The notes under the pieces are model-generated. The model did not search any database. It was not told the origin of the DNA and was given only the letters and a program-made list of their open reading frames with translations. From the human T2T-CHM13v2.0 reference genome, Homo sapiens, in assembly GCF_009914755.1 (NCBI RefSeq), contig NC_060926.1: 64,000 nucleotides of DNA; one strand, 5' to 3'. A program made the translations under genes and the position numbers. Of the stretch, positions 42,040 through 61,407 are shown one piece after another. Positions within the stretch are counted from its first letter, which is position 1. Every line of letters starts with the position of its first letter.

Positions 42040-42960
42040 CAACAGTATTTGGGAATACAGAGGGCCTGGAACATTCAGGAAAGGCCTAGTGAGAAGGGTA
42101 GGGTTTGAACCAGTCCTAGAAGAATTTAACTAGGCAAGGAGGAAGGAAGAATCCAAGTTCTTTAGCTTTCTAGCATGTGGCCATAATCGGCCTTTTCCAG
42201 CCTCAGATCCAGGAAAGCAGCTTAGTGTAGAGAAAGTGAACAGACTTTGGAGTTGGGAAGACTAGGCGAAACGTCCTGGACCTGCCACATCCTAGCCTTT
42301 GGGACCTAAAACAAGTCACTCAATCTCTTTAAAGCTCTGTTTTTCTGCCTACAAATAGGAATAATTCAACCTATTGAGGGTAATGGTAAAGATATCTGAA
42401 AATATATGTGCTTACACATAGTAGGTGCTCAACAAAGGTTGGTTTCCTTCCTTGTCACTGTCCTTTCAGATCCCTTGTCAGACCAATCAGGCCTGCGGGC
42501 GCAGTCAGGCCAGTTGTTCTCTCATCCTCTTCTCATGCCCATCCTAGTCTCTTGAAACCCTCCTTCAAGACACCATTGCTGCCTCCTCCAGGAAGCTTCT
42601 CACTCCCTCCAGCCATAGGAATCTCTTCTTTCTTCACACTCTCTCAGCCACTCCATCAGGCACTCATCCCACTGTAATCACTAGATATTTACTGCTGGAA
42701 TTCCATCTGCCTTACTGGGGACCAAGCGCCTTGGGAGTATTGATCATGTCATGTTTATCTTTCTAGATCCATAATGCCTAGCCCAGTGCTGAACCCCAAA
42801 ATGTGTTCAAGAAATCTTTGTTGTATGCCAATCAAAGGGCTGGAAGGAGGAGAGAAGGCAGTTCTGGAAGGGAAGGCACAGCAAGAGCAAAGGCATGGGG
42901 ACGGGCACACCAGTGTGTCCAGGGAAACAAGGTCAACTTGTAGGAGGGACAGTTTGTGTT
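42040..42960. mobile_element. MIR (~42215-42450) and L2 fragments
   Basis: cagactttggagtt...aagtcactcaatctct...cacatagtaggtgctcaa; cctcctccaggaagct...tgcctagcccagtgc. Confidence 0.65.
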
Positions 42961-43578
42961 AGGACAGTGCCCAACTCGGCAGCTTGGGAGCATCAGGGCC
43001 TTTGTCCCTTCTCTACTTGACCACCTCCACCCGCTTCCCTGCTTTTGGGGTTGACTGGATAAACATCTGAGTTTGGTTCACTTAAATTTACTTAACACTC
43101 AAGCTGGAAAATCTCTTTCCCACAGAGCTAGTTACATCAGCTCTCTGGAGTCGAGGTGATGATATCTGGGGCACGGTTTTAATGGGGAGGGTCTAGTCTA
43201 ACAGAAATGCTCTAAAAGAGAGGTTGGCTGTGTCTATCTCTGCCAAGAAGGAAGGAGATTCTGGCTGTCTGAAGTCATACACATCGTGTTTGTTAAGCCC
43301 CCAGCAGTGTTCATATTGTAGGCCACTCAATCCTCACTTGTTCATGGAATTAAAACTCAAGAGCAAGGAGCAGAGCTGCCTGAACCTCAGCCAAAGAGTC
43401 ACATTTCCTCTCCAGAGCCAGGATGCTTTGCAGGGAAAATTCTAAAGTAGCTCTGAGACTACCAGAGTGGGAAAGGGGGAAGAAATGTGGGATGGCAACA
43501 CTATTTAAATTGAAGCTAAAAGAACTAACTCCAGATGATTAGGTACAGAGGATACTGTTGAGTTGAGCACCACCTTAG

Positions 43579-43909
<331 letters not shown>

Positions 43910-44244
43910 CTTTTGTTTGACTTTTCACAGGATCGTGGAATTTTTGGAAGGGACTTTGACAATTATATTCACTGTCCATTCGAGCACACAACTAGTTGGT
44001 GTCAGAACTGAACCTTGTGATGACCTTTTCCACTTGCTTTATGCTTTTTACATTTTTAGAGTCTTTTTACTAATATTTGTACTTCTTGCAACCAGTGATA
44101 TAGGTTGCTATCCCATTTTAAAGATGAGGCCATTGAGGTTCAGAGTCAGAGTCAGCTAAATGGTAAACCTTCTATTGAGAGCTGCTTTCCCTTTTCTTCT
44201 TCCCCTCTTGTTTCAACTTATTGCAGGGAATAAAAATGAAATGA

Positions 44245-44575
<331 letters not shown>

Positions 44576-46702
44576 CTAGAACTAAGGACAGGTGTCCGCA
44601 CAGTTGCAGCTTTGGGGCTCTGCTTACGTGACAGAAGGAGAACACTTAGGAGTCCCTGACAACCTTGGTGGGGAGGAATGTCGCCAAGAGCATCACTGAT
44701 TCATCACCCCACCCTGGAAATCCCCAAGGCTCTGCAGCCCAGGGGACTGCTGTGCATTCCCCAAGAAGTTCCGACTGCAGTTCTCCCGGCAGGGTATGAA
44801 AAACCTCAGGCACACTTTTTCAGGCAACCGTTACCAGGCCACAGAAGTTCCCTAAGACACTTGGTTAACCTTCGTCAAATCTGTTCTGACTGTGTGGGTG
44901 GCTGGGTTTCATCAAGAGAGTGCTGAAAGCAGCAACCTGGAAGGTCGGAATCTGGACCCAGGAGATCCTCGGGTCTCTGCCCCCTCTCCTCCTTTCTTTG
45001 CGACTCCCCCTTTCTGAAATGTAAACCCTGACAAAATACTTACATATTACACATGCTCCTTTATTTGCAAGCTTTGCCAGGATTTATGAGATATTTTCTC
45101 TAAATGTGTGTTAAGCTCTAGGTTCTAAAATCCAGCAGAGTTATATGTGAGGGGAAATCCACTGTGGGATCTTTCAGTTCTTAAAACACACACTAAGAGA
45201 TGCCGTGCTCACTGGGCATTGCCAATGGGTTCAGTCACATTTTGGAATGATTTCTGCAATTAGTACTAAAATGAAGGAGGACAGATTCTAGTTTTGAAAA
45301 TTAAGGCAGGAGAAGCTTGGATAAGAAATCTTTACTTGCTTTTATTTCTCATTTATCATCAAGTCCCAGCTTTCCCAGGAAGTTATTGAACCTTGCTGGT
45401 TTCACTAACTTAAAAAAAAAAAAGCTGCTCTTCTTTTGCCCACAGAGTGAGCTGCTGGTAGCTGAGATCGGGGTCGCCAGCATGGTGACTTTCAGAGACT
45501 AGCCAGATTGGTTCATAAACAGATTCCCTGAGTGGCGAGGGCAGAGGTGAGGACAGACAATGAAGATGGGGAGTGTAAGCGCGAAGCCGGAACATCTCTT
45601 GGAGACAGCAATGGGTAACAGGGAAGCAACACATCTGACTTGGTGTTTAAGAAAGGTTAAGCAATGATGCTACTCGTATCAGACTATTAGTCCCTAGAGA
45701 AGACCTCAAGAGATGCACGTTTAAAGTTTCCATAAACCCCAGATGATAAATCTTCTTGTCTTTCTTCCCAACTTTCAAAAATGGCGCTTATTACTCAAGA
45801 AAAACCACAACGCTTTGAGCTGGCACTAGTTAGCTCAATTGAAGGTCAGATTTTGCATAGAAGATTCAGAGACAGGAAATTTATTGGCGTAAAAGCCATC
45901 AAGAGGGTATTGAAACAATACCATCCTTTCCACAATCTTCACACCAAGATGTGCTGTGTCATCTGTGGGTGTCTTTCTGGATGATTTGCTTGTAAAAATG
46001 ACTACAGCACCTCTGCATTGCCAGGGAGACTCTGTTGTGAAATTCCATGGAATGAAAGAAAAGGGGAAATTTTGCTGTGTAGCCTGGAGTCCATTCTCAG
46101 TTAGGAAGGAGGAGGAGGAAGCTGCTGGTCTGATGGATGAGTCTGTACTGTGACCTCCACAGTTAAACAAAATAAAGTACTGGTTTCTTCTCTCATTAGG
46201 AGTGGTGTCAAAGCTGTCCGAAAGAAAACACTGCTATCCTTCCACGCACTTTAGTAAACAGATCTTTGGGACAACATCTTCACAATGTGCTTTTTACAAT
46301 TTATGCCCTTAAAGCATCATTCATTTCTGACAAGTCAGCCAGGTTGGCCTGTTACATTTTAAACTTTTAGATTTTCATAATACTTTTATAAATGAATATA
46401 CTCCCAACTGGCTATTACTCCTGGGAAAACTAGGAAGTGATCTGAAAAAGATGATAATTTATGATAATATAAGGCAAGACCAATTGTTCCTCTTTGGATT
46501 AATAGTTCACAGTTGAACTGAAGTCCAGGGACTTGAATTTCTAATCAGTATTATCCCCCTGCAATGTTAAAACTTCCTGGGCCAATTTTGCCATTGATAG
46601 AACTTTCATTTAATAAATATTAGACTGCATTTCCTAAGAAAGATTAACTGAAATATATTATTCAACCATTTTACATAAGAATATAACAAACTTAAATTCT
46701 TA

Positions 46703-47070
46703 TTTCAGTTTTTTTGGTTTTTAATTATCATGGATACATAATAATTATACTTATGTATGAAGTCGTGTGATATTTTGATCTGCGTAAGGCTTCTTATACT
46801 GATGCACCATATTGGCAGGAGTGATTATCATGAAGAACTAGAATTGCTGACACACAGCAAGGATAGGAAGGAGAATGTCTTGAACCAAAACATATGATCT
46901 GTAATGACCAAATCAGGGTAATTGGGATATCCATCACTTCAAACATTTATTATTTCTTTGTGTTAGGAGCATTCTAACTCCCCTCTTTTGGCTATTTTGA
47001 AACATGCAACAAATTATTGCTAACTATAGTCACTCTATGGTACTACTAAACACCTTCTTCCTTCTATCTA
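46703..47070 (-). mobile_element. Short L1MA 3' end carrying a foreign ~105-bp insert
   Basis: gtaatgaccaaatcagggtaattgggatatccatcac; TSD-like aaacttaaatt at ~46688 and ~47072. Confidence 0.85.
46787..46889 (+). repeat. Dispersed direct duplicate of ~48510-48612
   Basis: accatattggca...atcatgaagaactagaattgctg...agcaaggataggaagga...tcttgaac shared by both sites. Confidence 0.93.
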
Positions 47071-47330
47071 AAACTTAAATTTTAATAATATGTATTAACA
47101 GCTATGTTCTCATTTTATATTGATGAGCGTAAGATGCTTTCAAATATATTTTTATATTAAGTCAACATATGTATAAATTAGAACTAATGACATCTTCTTT
47201 CTATCAAAAACTTAAATTCTAGTAGTATGTATTAACAGGTATGTTCTGATTTTATATTGAGGGGTCTAACACACTTTCAAAGATATTTTTATATTAAGTC
47301 AACATATGTATAAATTAGAATTAATGACAT
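47057..47330 (+). repeat. Tandem duplication, 2 x ~137 bp
   Basis: ttctatc.aaaacttaaatt...tatattaagtcaacatatgtataaattagaa.taatgacat repeated with period 137. Confidence 0.95.
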
Positions 47331-47352
47331 CATTACAAAAATGGTAAGATCA

Positions 47353-47702
<350 letters not shown>

Positions 47703-48929
47703 TAGAATTTTATCAATCAAACTGCTACCCCCAGAAATACTACCACTCTGAATTGTACATATTACAAGTTACCCACATTTCATGTTAAACACGCACACAC
47801 ACAACTTTATGAATTTTTGTAATTGGATTTTAAAATTATAACTTATTTTGTTACCTGTAACTTATTTATTTGTAATTGGCTGTAAGTGCATGGCCATAAT
47901 TCATGTATAATTTAGAAATTCTTTTGGAGAGAAAAATCTAACCTACAAATTGTTTTCAAATGCAGTTACATTTTTCTAAATATTAAATTTAACAATTAGT
48001 GTCATGTCACTTTTTATATTTGTAGACATTGAATTAAACATTTGTTTTGATTTTGTGATTTTATTTTTGTGTTATGGAATCAATACGATTTTTTCCAGTG
48101 GTCTCTAGCATTTCTGCAGAGTCTTGAGAAGCACTGTTCATAGTGCCTGATGTTTATAATGGCCCTATTTATAAAATTCTTTAAGGTCATAAAATATGAT
48201 TTAAATGCATAGGACATTGAACAAGTGGTAATGTTGTATTATTGTTGTGTTCTGTCTCTTGTTCCTATAAGCTAGACTACGCAGGTCTGGGAACCAAGAG
48301 TTAGAAGTTGTATTGGTTCTCCAATGTACACTCCTAGTGACCTGCTTGTAAAATTCTTACTCCTTGTCCTTTAACTCTTAAGCTCTGCTGGATTGGAAGC
48401 CCTGGTTCTTGTGAGAGGGACTGAAGAACTTCCTGCAGGGGATGCAGTAAAGGTACTAGTAATCTATATTTCTATAAATCTGAAGCTGTGACCGCTACCC
48501 AATCAGTTTAGGCATCTTATGCTGATGGACCATATTGGCAAGGGTGATGATCATGAAGAACTAGAATTGCTGCCACATAGCAAGGATAGGAAGGAATATA
48601 TCTTGAACTAAAGGAATTCCTTGGGTGTCTCTAGGAGCTTCCAAAGCCCGGTATTAACTGTTAATGGACAAGGTCAAGAAGCACAGCCCCAAATCAGTAA
48701 AGAAACTGAAGGTTCAGATTCTTTGAGCATGATGGCCTGGGTTCACTATAGTGTTAGCTGAGGGGGAGGGAAAGCTAAAACATGTGATTCAGAAAGAAGA
48801 TGAAAAATATCAGATATGGCTTTAGGATCAGCTGCATCAGCAGGAACTAGGATCTCTACCACAGAAGCTTGGGTTTGAAGGTTTTGATAGAGGTTTCAGC
48901 TGGCCACCACCTTGAAGATTCTGTGATAG

Positions 48930-50130
<1,201 letters not shown>

Positions 50131-51289
50131 AACACCTGGACATTTGAAGGTATTACTACCCTTCGGGGCAACCCTAGACCAGGGATGACAGAACCCTGTG
50201 GATAAATGCCCCTATATTCTTTTCTTCAGATGGACATATCCAAGGTAGATTTTATACAGATCCTCAGAGAATCCCCAGTGGGATTGGTCCTCAGGAATTC
50301 ATAGAGATGATCAGCTTGAAAATGAATGCCAGCATAGGCTTTCCCTTTCCCTCTGCTCTGTTCTTCCTAGTCAATCATGCCTGTTTCCTGGGATCACTTC
50401 CTAACATAAACTACCTGTGTGCAAGTCCCTGTCTCAGGCTCTGAATTTGGTGAAACTCAGACAGAGAGAGATAAAAACTGTTCTAATTCCCTATCCTGAA
50501 TATATTGGCTTTTCCCTCCTGCAAATTGTGTGTGCGTGTAACATAAATTTATAACAATAATTAATAGATTTATAAAATTAATCAGCTTTACAGTCAAGGA
50601 TTGAGAGGCTTGGTTCTGAAATCTGTGTGATCATTGAAATTGCTTGGAGACGCCCTCAAACCTACCATGGCAGAATCTCCGGGGTTTTGGTCCAGAACCT
50701 TACATTTTCTTAAAATTCTATGATTCATTCTATACCAGCTGTATTCCAGAACTACTGATTGGGATGCTCTAAGTCTGTTCCAGTGACAGAGGATTAAGAA
50801 CTCATGAACTCCCAGACATTGTCAAGCAAGAGGATGATGTATAGGACCCTAAACCTTCTTTAGGCAGAGAGAGTCAGAGGAAAGGCAGGTGCACATGAGA
50901 TTTTCAAAAGGCTGTGTGCTCTGTCAGATGCCTCACAACATTTCCTGGTGTTACATGGGATGGCTGATATTTTGGTTTGGCTTGATAAAATACTTTGTGA
51001 AGTTGCTGGCTTGTTCCAGTTTTGAAATTGTCATGGCATTCATTGCTTCAAAAGCTTCTTCTCTTTTCTCTGTAGATGACTATGCTCTCTTCTGCATCTG
51101 AGAGCCCTCTATTTAGTTCTAAAGGCATTCAAGTTTACAACACACGGAGAAAACAACAATCATGCTACATTTTCACTTGTTGAAAGTTCTGAGAATATAA
51201 GTTTTTAATGTGTAAATTCTATGACATTTGAAAATTCTTTTTTTTTTAAAGATATTAGCTTAAGAATCACAAGAGATGGTCTCCCTTGA

Positions 51290-53432
<2,143 letters not shown>

Positions 53433-55132
53433 TGAAAAGGTGGGCCATGATCACCTGAGGCAGGGCACGGAAGGTATCCTGTCGGGACCCAGCCAAGAAC
53501 TCATCTGTTAAGTTGAAACCAGGATAGAAAATTAAAAACAAAACACACACACACACCCCACTAATGTGCATCTTATGGGTTGTATGTTACTCTCAATTTA
53601 AAAAAAAGTATGCGTGGAAAAAATCTCGTTTCATTTTCTCTCCTTTTTTTTTCTCTAAATGTTTAAACCATGGAGAAAATAAAATACCCCTAGGAGAAAG
53701 TCGCTTGTGTTTTCCAAAGGAAAAAAAAAATAGAGTAAAAAATGAAGAAAGGGAAACAAGTGAAAAGCCAGCTGCCCAAAGGACTCAATGGAAGAAAAAT
53801 CTAACCCCAAATGATGCCTGATTTGTCTTGAAGAAGATACCACATCCCTCTGCTCCATGCCAACGGCTCCTCAGCCCCAGCACCTTTTCAGCCCCAGCGC
53901 CTCCTCAGCCTTCAAGTCCCAGTTGATTTCTCTGTGGTTTCCAGCTCCTTCCCCCTTCCTCCACTCCGCAGGGCTGGCCCTCCCACAGAGTTACTGGCTC
54001 TGTCATCTGTGCCCCTGAAGCCTTTGACACAAACCTCTGTTCTAGCATCTATCAGCACAGCAGCTCTCTGTTTAACCTTCCTAATAGATCAGGGCCTCCC
54101 TATTTTTTTTTTTTTTAACCATGGGTGCCTTTTCCAGTCCTTTGTATGAGCTCAATTTCTGAGTTTCACTCATTTAGTTATTTAGCAAATGACCTTTCCG
54201 GGTCTGCTGTGTGCTGGGCACAGCGAGAGTGTGACACTATTTTATAAGACCCAGGTCCTTGCCTCCGCAGGAGGCAAAGAAATCCACTGGGCAGGTCGGA
54301 GAGGTAGCTGATTAAAAGTCCCAGCTCCATTATAAAGCCGGAAATCCTAATTTCAGGTGTTAGACGAATGGTCTTGAGCTGGCAAAACCCATGGGGTGAG
54401 CTGTGGAGATAATGATTCCATCAGAGGTGAAGACACAGGGTAGCCTGTGGAGGAGGTGGGTGACCCTCAGCTAGGGACCTGAGCATACACTTCCCACCTC
54501 ACACAGGCGCGTGCGCGGAGGAAACAGAGCAGCTGTGACCAACCAAGGCCAGCTTGGGCGGGGAAGAGTGGGAAAGGGGGATGGGCTGTCAGATCGCTAA
54601 ATCCAGTTGCATCCAGAAAGGACGAACTTGCTGGGTGCCCTATTAGGACAATAGTTCTGAGGACCAGAAGCAATTTAAGCAAAGTCTGCATTACCTGGCC
54701 CAACCCGTGTTTCCCCCACAGACTTTACTCCCTCCCCACCTGTTGTCCATCTTGGATCAAACTGACCCCTAGAATAAAAGTCAGCATGTGGATGTAACGG
54801 GCTGGGGCTGCCCACAAACCGGCCCTGTGAGTGCTTTGGAAAAAAACGCCTTGCCAGGAAAGAATGATTCAGAGACATCAGGGCTTCCACTCTCAATCTC
54901 AGGTCTCAGGGCAGTTTCAGGTCTAGGTCAAGAGTTGAAACAGCCCAGACAAACCATCCTCAGCTCCCTCAAAGTGAGGCTGCTCTGAACCTGTCTGAGG
55001 TTTCTGGTCAGGCCTGTTCAGAAGCTTGACTAGGCCTCACTTTTCCATTGGCGGCATGTTCTGTTAATTTGGAAATTTTCATGAATTATTTTGAAAGCAT
55101 CCATGACTGGGGGGAAAGAAGTGGATGCCTGA

Positions 55133-55862
<730 letters not shown>

Positions 55863-55874
55863 ATCACTTGAATT

Positions 55875-56640
<766 letters not shown>

Positions 56641-58149
56641 TTATTTTTTGCCACCTCTTAATATCTTGGATGTTGAGGCATCTGAAGATGAAACTGGGTC
56701 ACAGAGTCCCTCCTGTGTTCTTCGAAAAGGAAGCAACTTGTAAAGGAAGTGAGGACAACCCAAAGTGCAACTCCCTAAATTCGGTACCTTTAGGTTAAAC
56801 ACACATTTAGCTGGTTAGGAAAGTCTCCTTCTGACTCTGCTGTGAAGGAGACAAGAGAGATCTTTGATGTATTTATTTACTTTCTTGCTTAAAATAAAGC
56901 ACTGAGCTTGAATTCCCTAAATGGGTCTCTCTTCTCTGATTAGACAGTTTTCTTAATGCTATAAAGTGGACTTTTTGGGCAGGATAGAAATACGATGGGT
57001 GAGTTCAGTTCTCCAAATCTTGAAGTATAAATACAGCAGGGCTTGAACAATGAGATGAGAGACAGACATCTGCTGTGGGGCTTGGTGTTTGGGTTTGGCT
57101 TGTCTCCACCCTTGGGGTTCAGCCTCCACCTTATCACCAGCCCACCATTTGTGCTCACAGACCTGGGGTCCAATCAAGACAAGAGAGCTCCTTTTTCTCT
57201 GATCTCTTTCCTTACCCAGCCACAAATTACAACAGAGGAGAAGAGATAAAGAAGAGGAACCTAACAGTGTGTTTGCCACCCAGTGACAAGAAAGCGGCAT
57301 GAGAAGGGCAAATTGATGTACAGTTAGACCTGGCTGGGAGCAGAGAAAGCTCTCTTTCCTTGTGGGGGACTCACAGTGTGAACCTGCTAATGCTGAGGGA
57401 CCAGCCAGGGCAAGCGCCCCTTTGACTTTATTCCCAGAGGATGGACTCCCGGATATCCAGGCTGAATTTCACTAGCAGATTTTTCTAGAATTTTCCCCAG
57501 AGTCCATTTACTTGAATTAGAGTACTTACAGTGAAGCTGGGGTCTGAACCTGTTAATTAAATGCGATTGGTGGAAACAACAGCTTTATGGGGCTACGGCA
57601 GAATTGGTGGATGGATTTCTCCACTCTGAATATAACTCTGGTTTTATTCTAGTATTCCTGTCACTCTTAGCTTTGAGATCCTGTTGGGGTCTTAGCCTTT
57701 TTCTGGGACAGCCTATAAGCTTCCAGCATTGCTTTATCCCCAACCTCATACTGAAGTGGTAGAAAAAAGGGAAAACAAGAAGCAGGAAACTCGAATTTTA
57801 GATCCAGTTCCTGCCATGGGCAAGTCATTACCATCTCAGTGTTGTGATCTCTAAAATGAAACAGGGAGGGGAGACGTTTGCCCAGGTGTGTTCTGTATAT
57901 ACCACTTCTGTGTGTCATTGTTTGAAGGATGACCTGGGGGAGGCTTTGGTCCCCACCCCTTTCCAGCCTGCTGATTACTTGGATAGAGGAAGACCTCAGG
58001 CAAAGAAATGCAGATAAGTCAGGAAGTGTAAGGCCTGAGGGCATGGCTTACACACATGGCATGAATTTCCCTAGTGTTCTGCATTTAGGATGCTATCAAT
58101 TTTCACGTTAAAAATCACAGTAAAATGGAACAAAATGTTAATTTTTGTG

Positions 58150-58459
<310 letters not shown>

Positions 58460-58719
58460 TTAATTTTTGCTCTTTGTTGTTTTTGTTGTTAGTTATGGTT
58501 AGTTGTTAGTTAGTTGTGCTTCCCCACTCCTCCACCCCCACCCTTGGCAAATAGTATAATGACTTAACAAAGAAGGAAGTTCACTTTTATTTCACACAAC
58601 AGACCAAAGTGGTCCAGGGCCCGAGGGTTGACTCTGCCATTGTCCGCACCCAGCTTCCACCTTCGGTCTAGGATGGCTGCTTTAGGTCTCGTCAAGACCC
58701 AGGCAACAAGGAAGGAAAA

Positions 58720-59151
58720 CGGCTCAGAAGAATAGGGTCTGGAGGCAGGGAGCATAAGGCCGATTCATGTTGCAGTTCTAGAAATAAATCAAACGGAAAC
58801 ACCTCAGCTATGACAGGAAATATCCTCTCCATTTACATAGGGTGTACACTGAGTAAAGGAGTTTGTAACTTTACTTCATCCACTTCATTTACAAAGGGCA
58901 TACACCAAGTAACCAATGAAAACCTCTAGAGGGTATTTAAACCCCAGAGAATTCTGTAATTCCAGAGAATTCCAGAGAATCTCTGAATTCCAGAGAATTC
59001 AGCCCCTAATGATCAGACCACTCCCACCCTGTGGAGTGTACTTTCGTTTTCAATAAATCTGCTTTTGTTGCTTCATTCTTTCTTGCTTTGTGCATTTTGT
59101 CCAATTCTTTGTTCAAGATGCCAAGAACTTGGACACCTTCAACTGGTAACA
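58720..59151 (+). mobile_element. ERV1 solo LTR (MER51B-like) inserted in an old MLT1 LTR (~58490-59375)
   Basis: gaatagggtctggaggcaggg...cagctatgacaggaaatatcc; CCAAT ~58913, TATTTAAA ~58934, AATAAA ~59052; ends ggtaaca. Confidence 0.8.
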
Positions 59152-60454
59152 AAATGGCAAGAGGACACTCACACCTTCCTTAGTAGGATATGATCTGGAA
59201 GTGGCACATATTCTACTCGTTTCATTACAAGATTTAGTCACATGGCAACATATTAAGCTGCAGAAAGGCTATAAAATGTTGTCTGTAGCTTGGCTATGTG
59301 CCTAATTAAGATTCAGGGCTTTGTTTTAGAGATGGGGAGAATGACTATTGGTGGACCATGCTATTCTCTGCCAGTAGGCTCATTATTTTCCAAAATGACT
59401 TGTGTCGAAGTTTAGTGCCACTAAAATTGCATGGTCATGCCAGTTTAACAAGTGTTTATTAGGGATCTTTTATTGTGTAAAACCTCCAGACACCATGGGA
59501 ATGTTGATATGGAATATGCAGGCAACGGTTAGCACACAAGAAACAACTATAGACAGGGACTAACTTAAATGCTGACTTTCATAGTTCATACCCCACATAT
59601 TTTGGAAAGGATCAGCAAAATCTGGAGTATGCAGGAATTTCCCTGGAGGAGGTGACTCCAGGTGGAATCTGCAGGATGGTGTTTCTCACCAACTCCTGTA
59701 TCTGCTCATAGGGTCAGGGGTCACTAAAGGAAGTCCTCACTTGACCCTCAATGCCATTCTAACCAACTTGTTAACCTTTTCACTGTATCTTTCCACTGTC
59801 AACATTGCAAAATGATAGGGTTTTGAAACGTACTTCCTCTTTCTTTTCACTTCATCTTTACGGACATATTAATGAGTGGAGTAAAGCACTCAGAAGAACA
59901 GCAGGAAAAGAGGATTCATGTATGTCAGAGGAGCTGAAGGCTCTCAATAGGTTCAGAGAATGCAGGTCTTCCAGCTGCTGAGGGTGTATGCTTCCACTAT
60001 GCCTCATAGCAACCCCTGAACAAAGTGGGGTCTCTAAAGTTCTATTAACAGGCTCAATTACTAAACACCTTTAACCAGAAAATATTCCCTCTGGGTCCTT
60101 TTCCTTTACATTCCATGAGTTGGAGAAGGGAAGGAATTAGTGTAGTAGTTGAATGAATGGCTGAATGAAATGATACAGTTGATAGTGTAAGACTCTACAA
60201 GCAGCAAAAGTCTTGACTATAAAAGATACTTCCTTAAAACTGAGAAGAAGATATTCATTTTTGTCCCCCACTCCCCGGATTTTCATCTCTTAGCCATTCT
60301 CCGCATTCCTCCAAAATGTGTCCTGTTTGGCAGGATCTCATGCTCTACTTTCTTGTTCTACATTTTCTGGAGTCTAAGCCTACCTTCTCTTCTCTCATTC
60401 TTCATTCCTCTATCCACCCATCTATCCTGTCATCTACCCATCCAACCGTCCATT

Positions 60455-61407
<953 letters not shown>

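Noticed and set aside
47057-47330. Direct repeats as a possible CRISPR-like array
   Set aside because: Only two adjacent units, no spacers, primate DNA
54259-54277. Perfect hairpin ttgcctcc-gca-ggaggcaa
   Set aside because: An 8-bp stem is expected by chance in 64 kb
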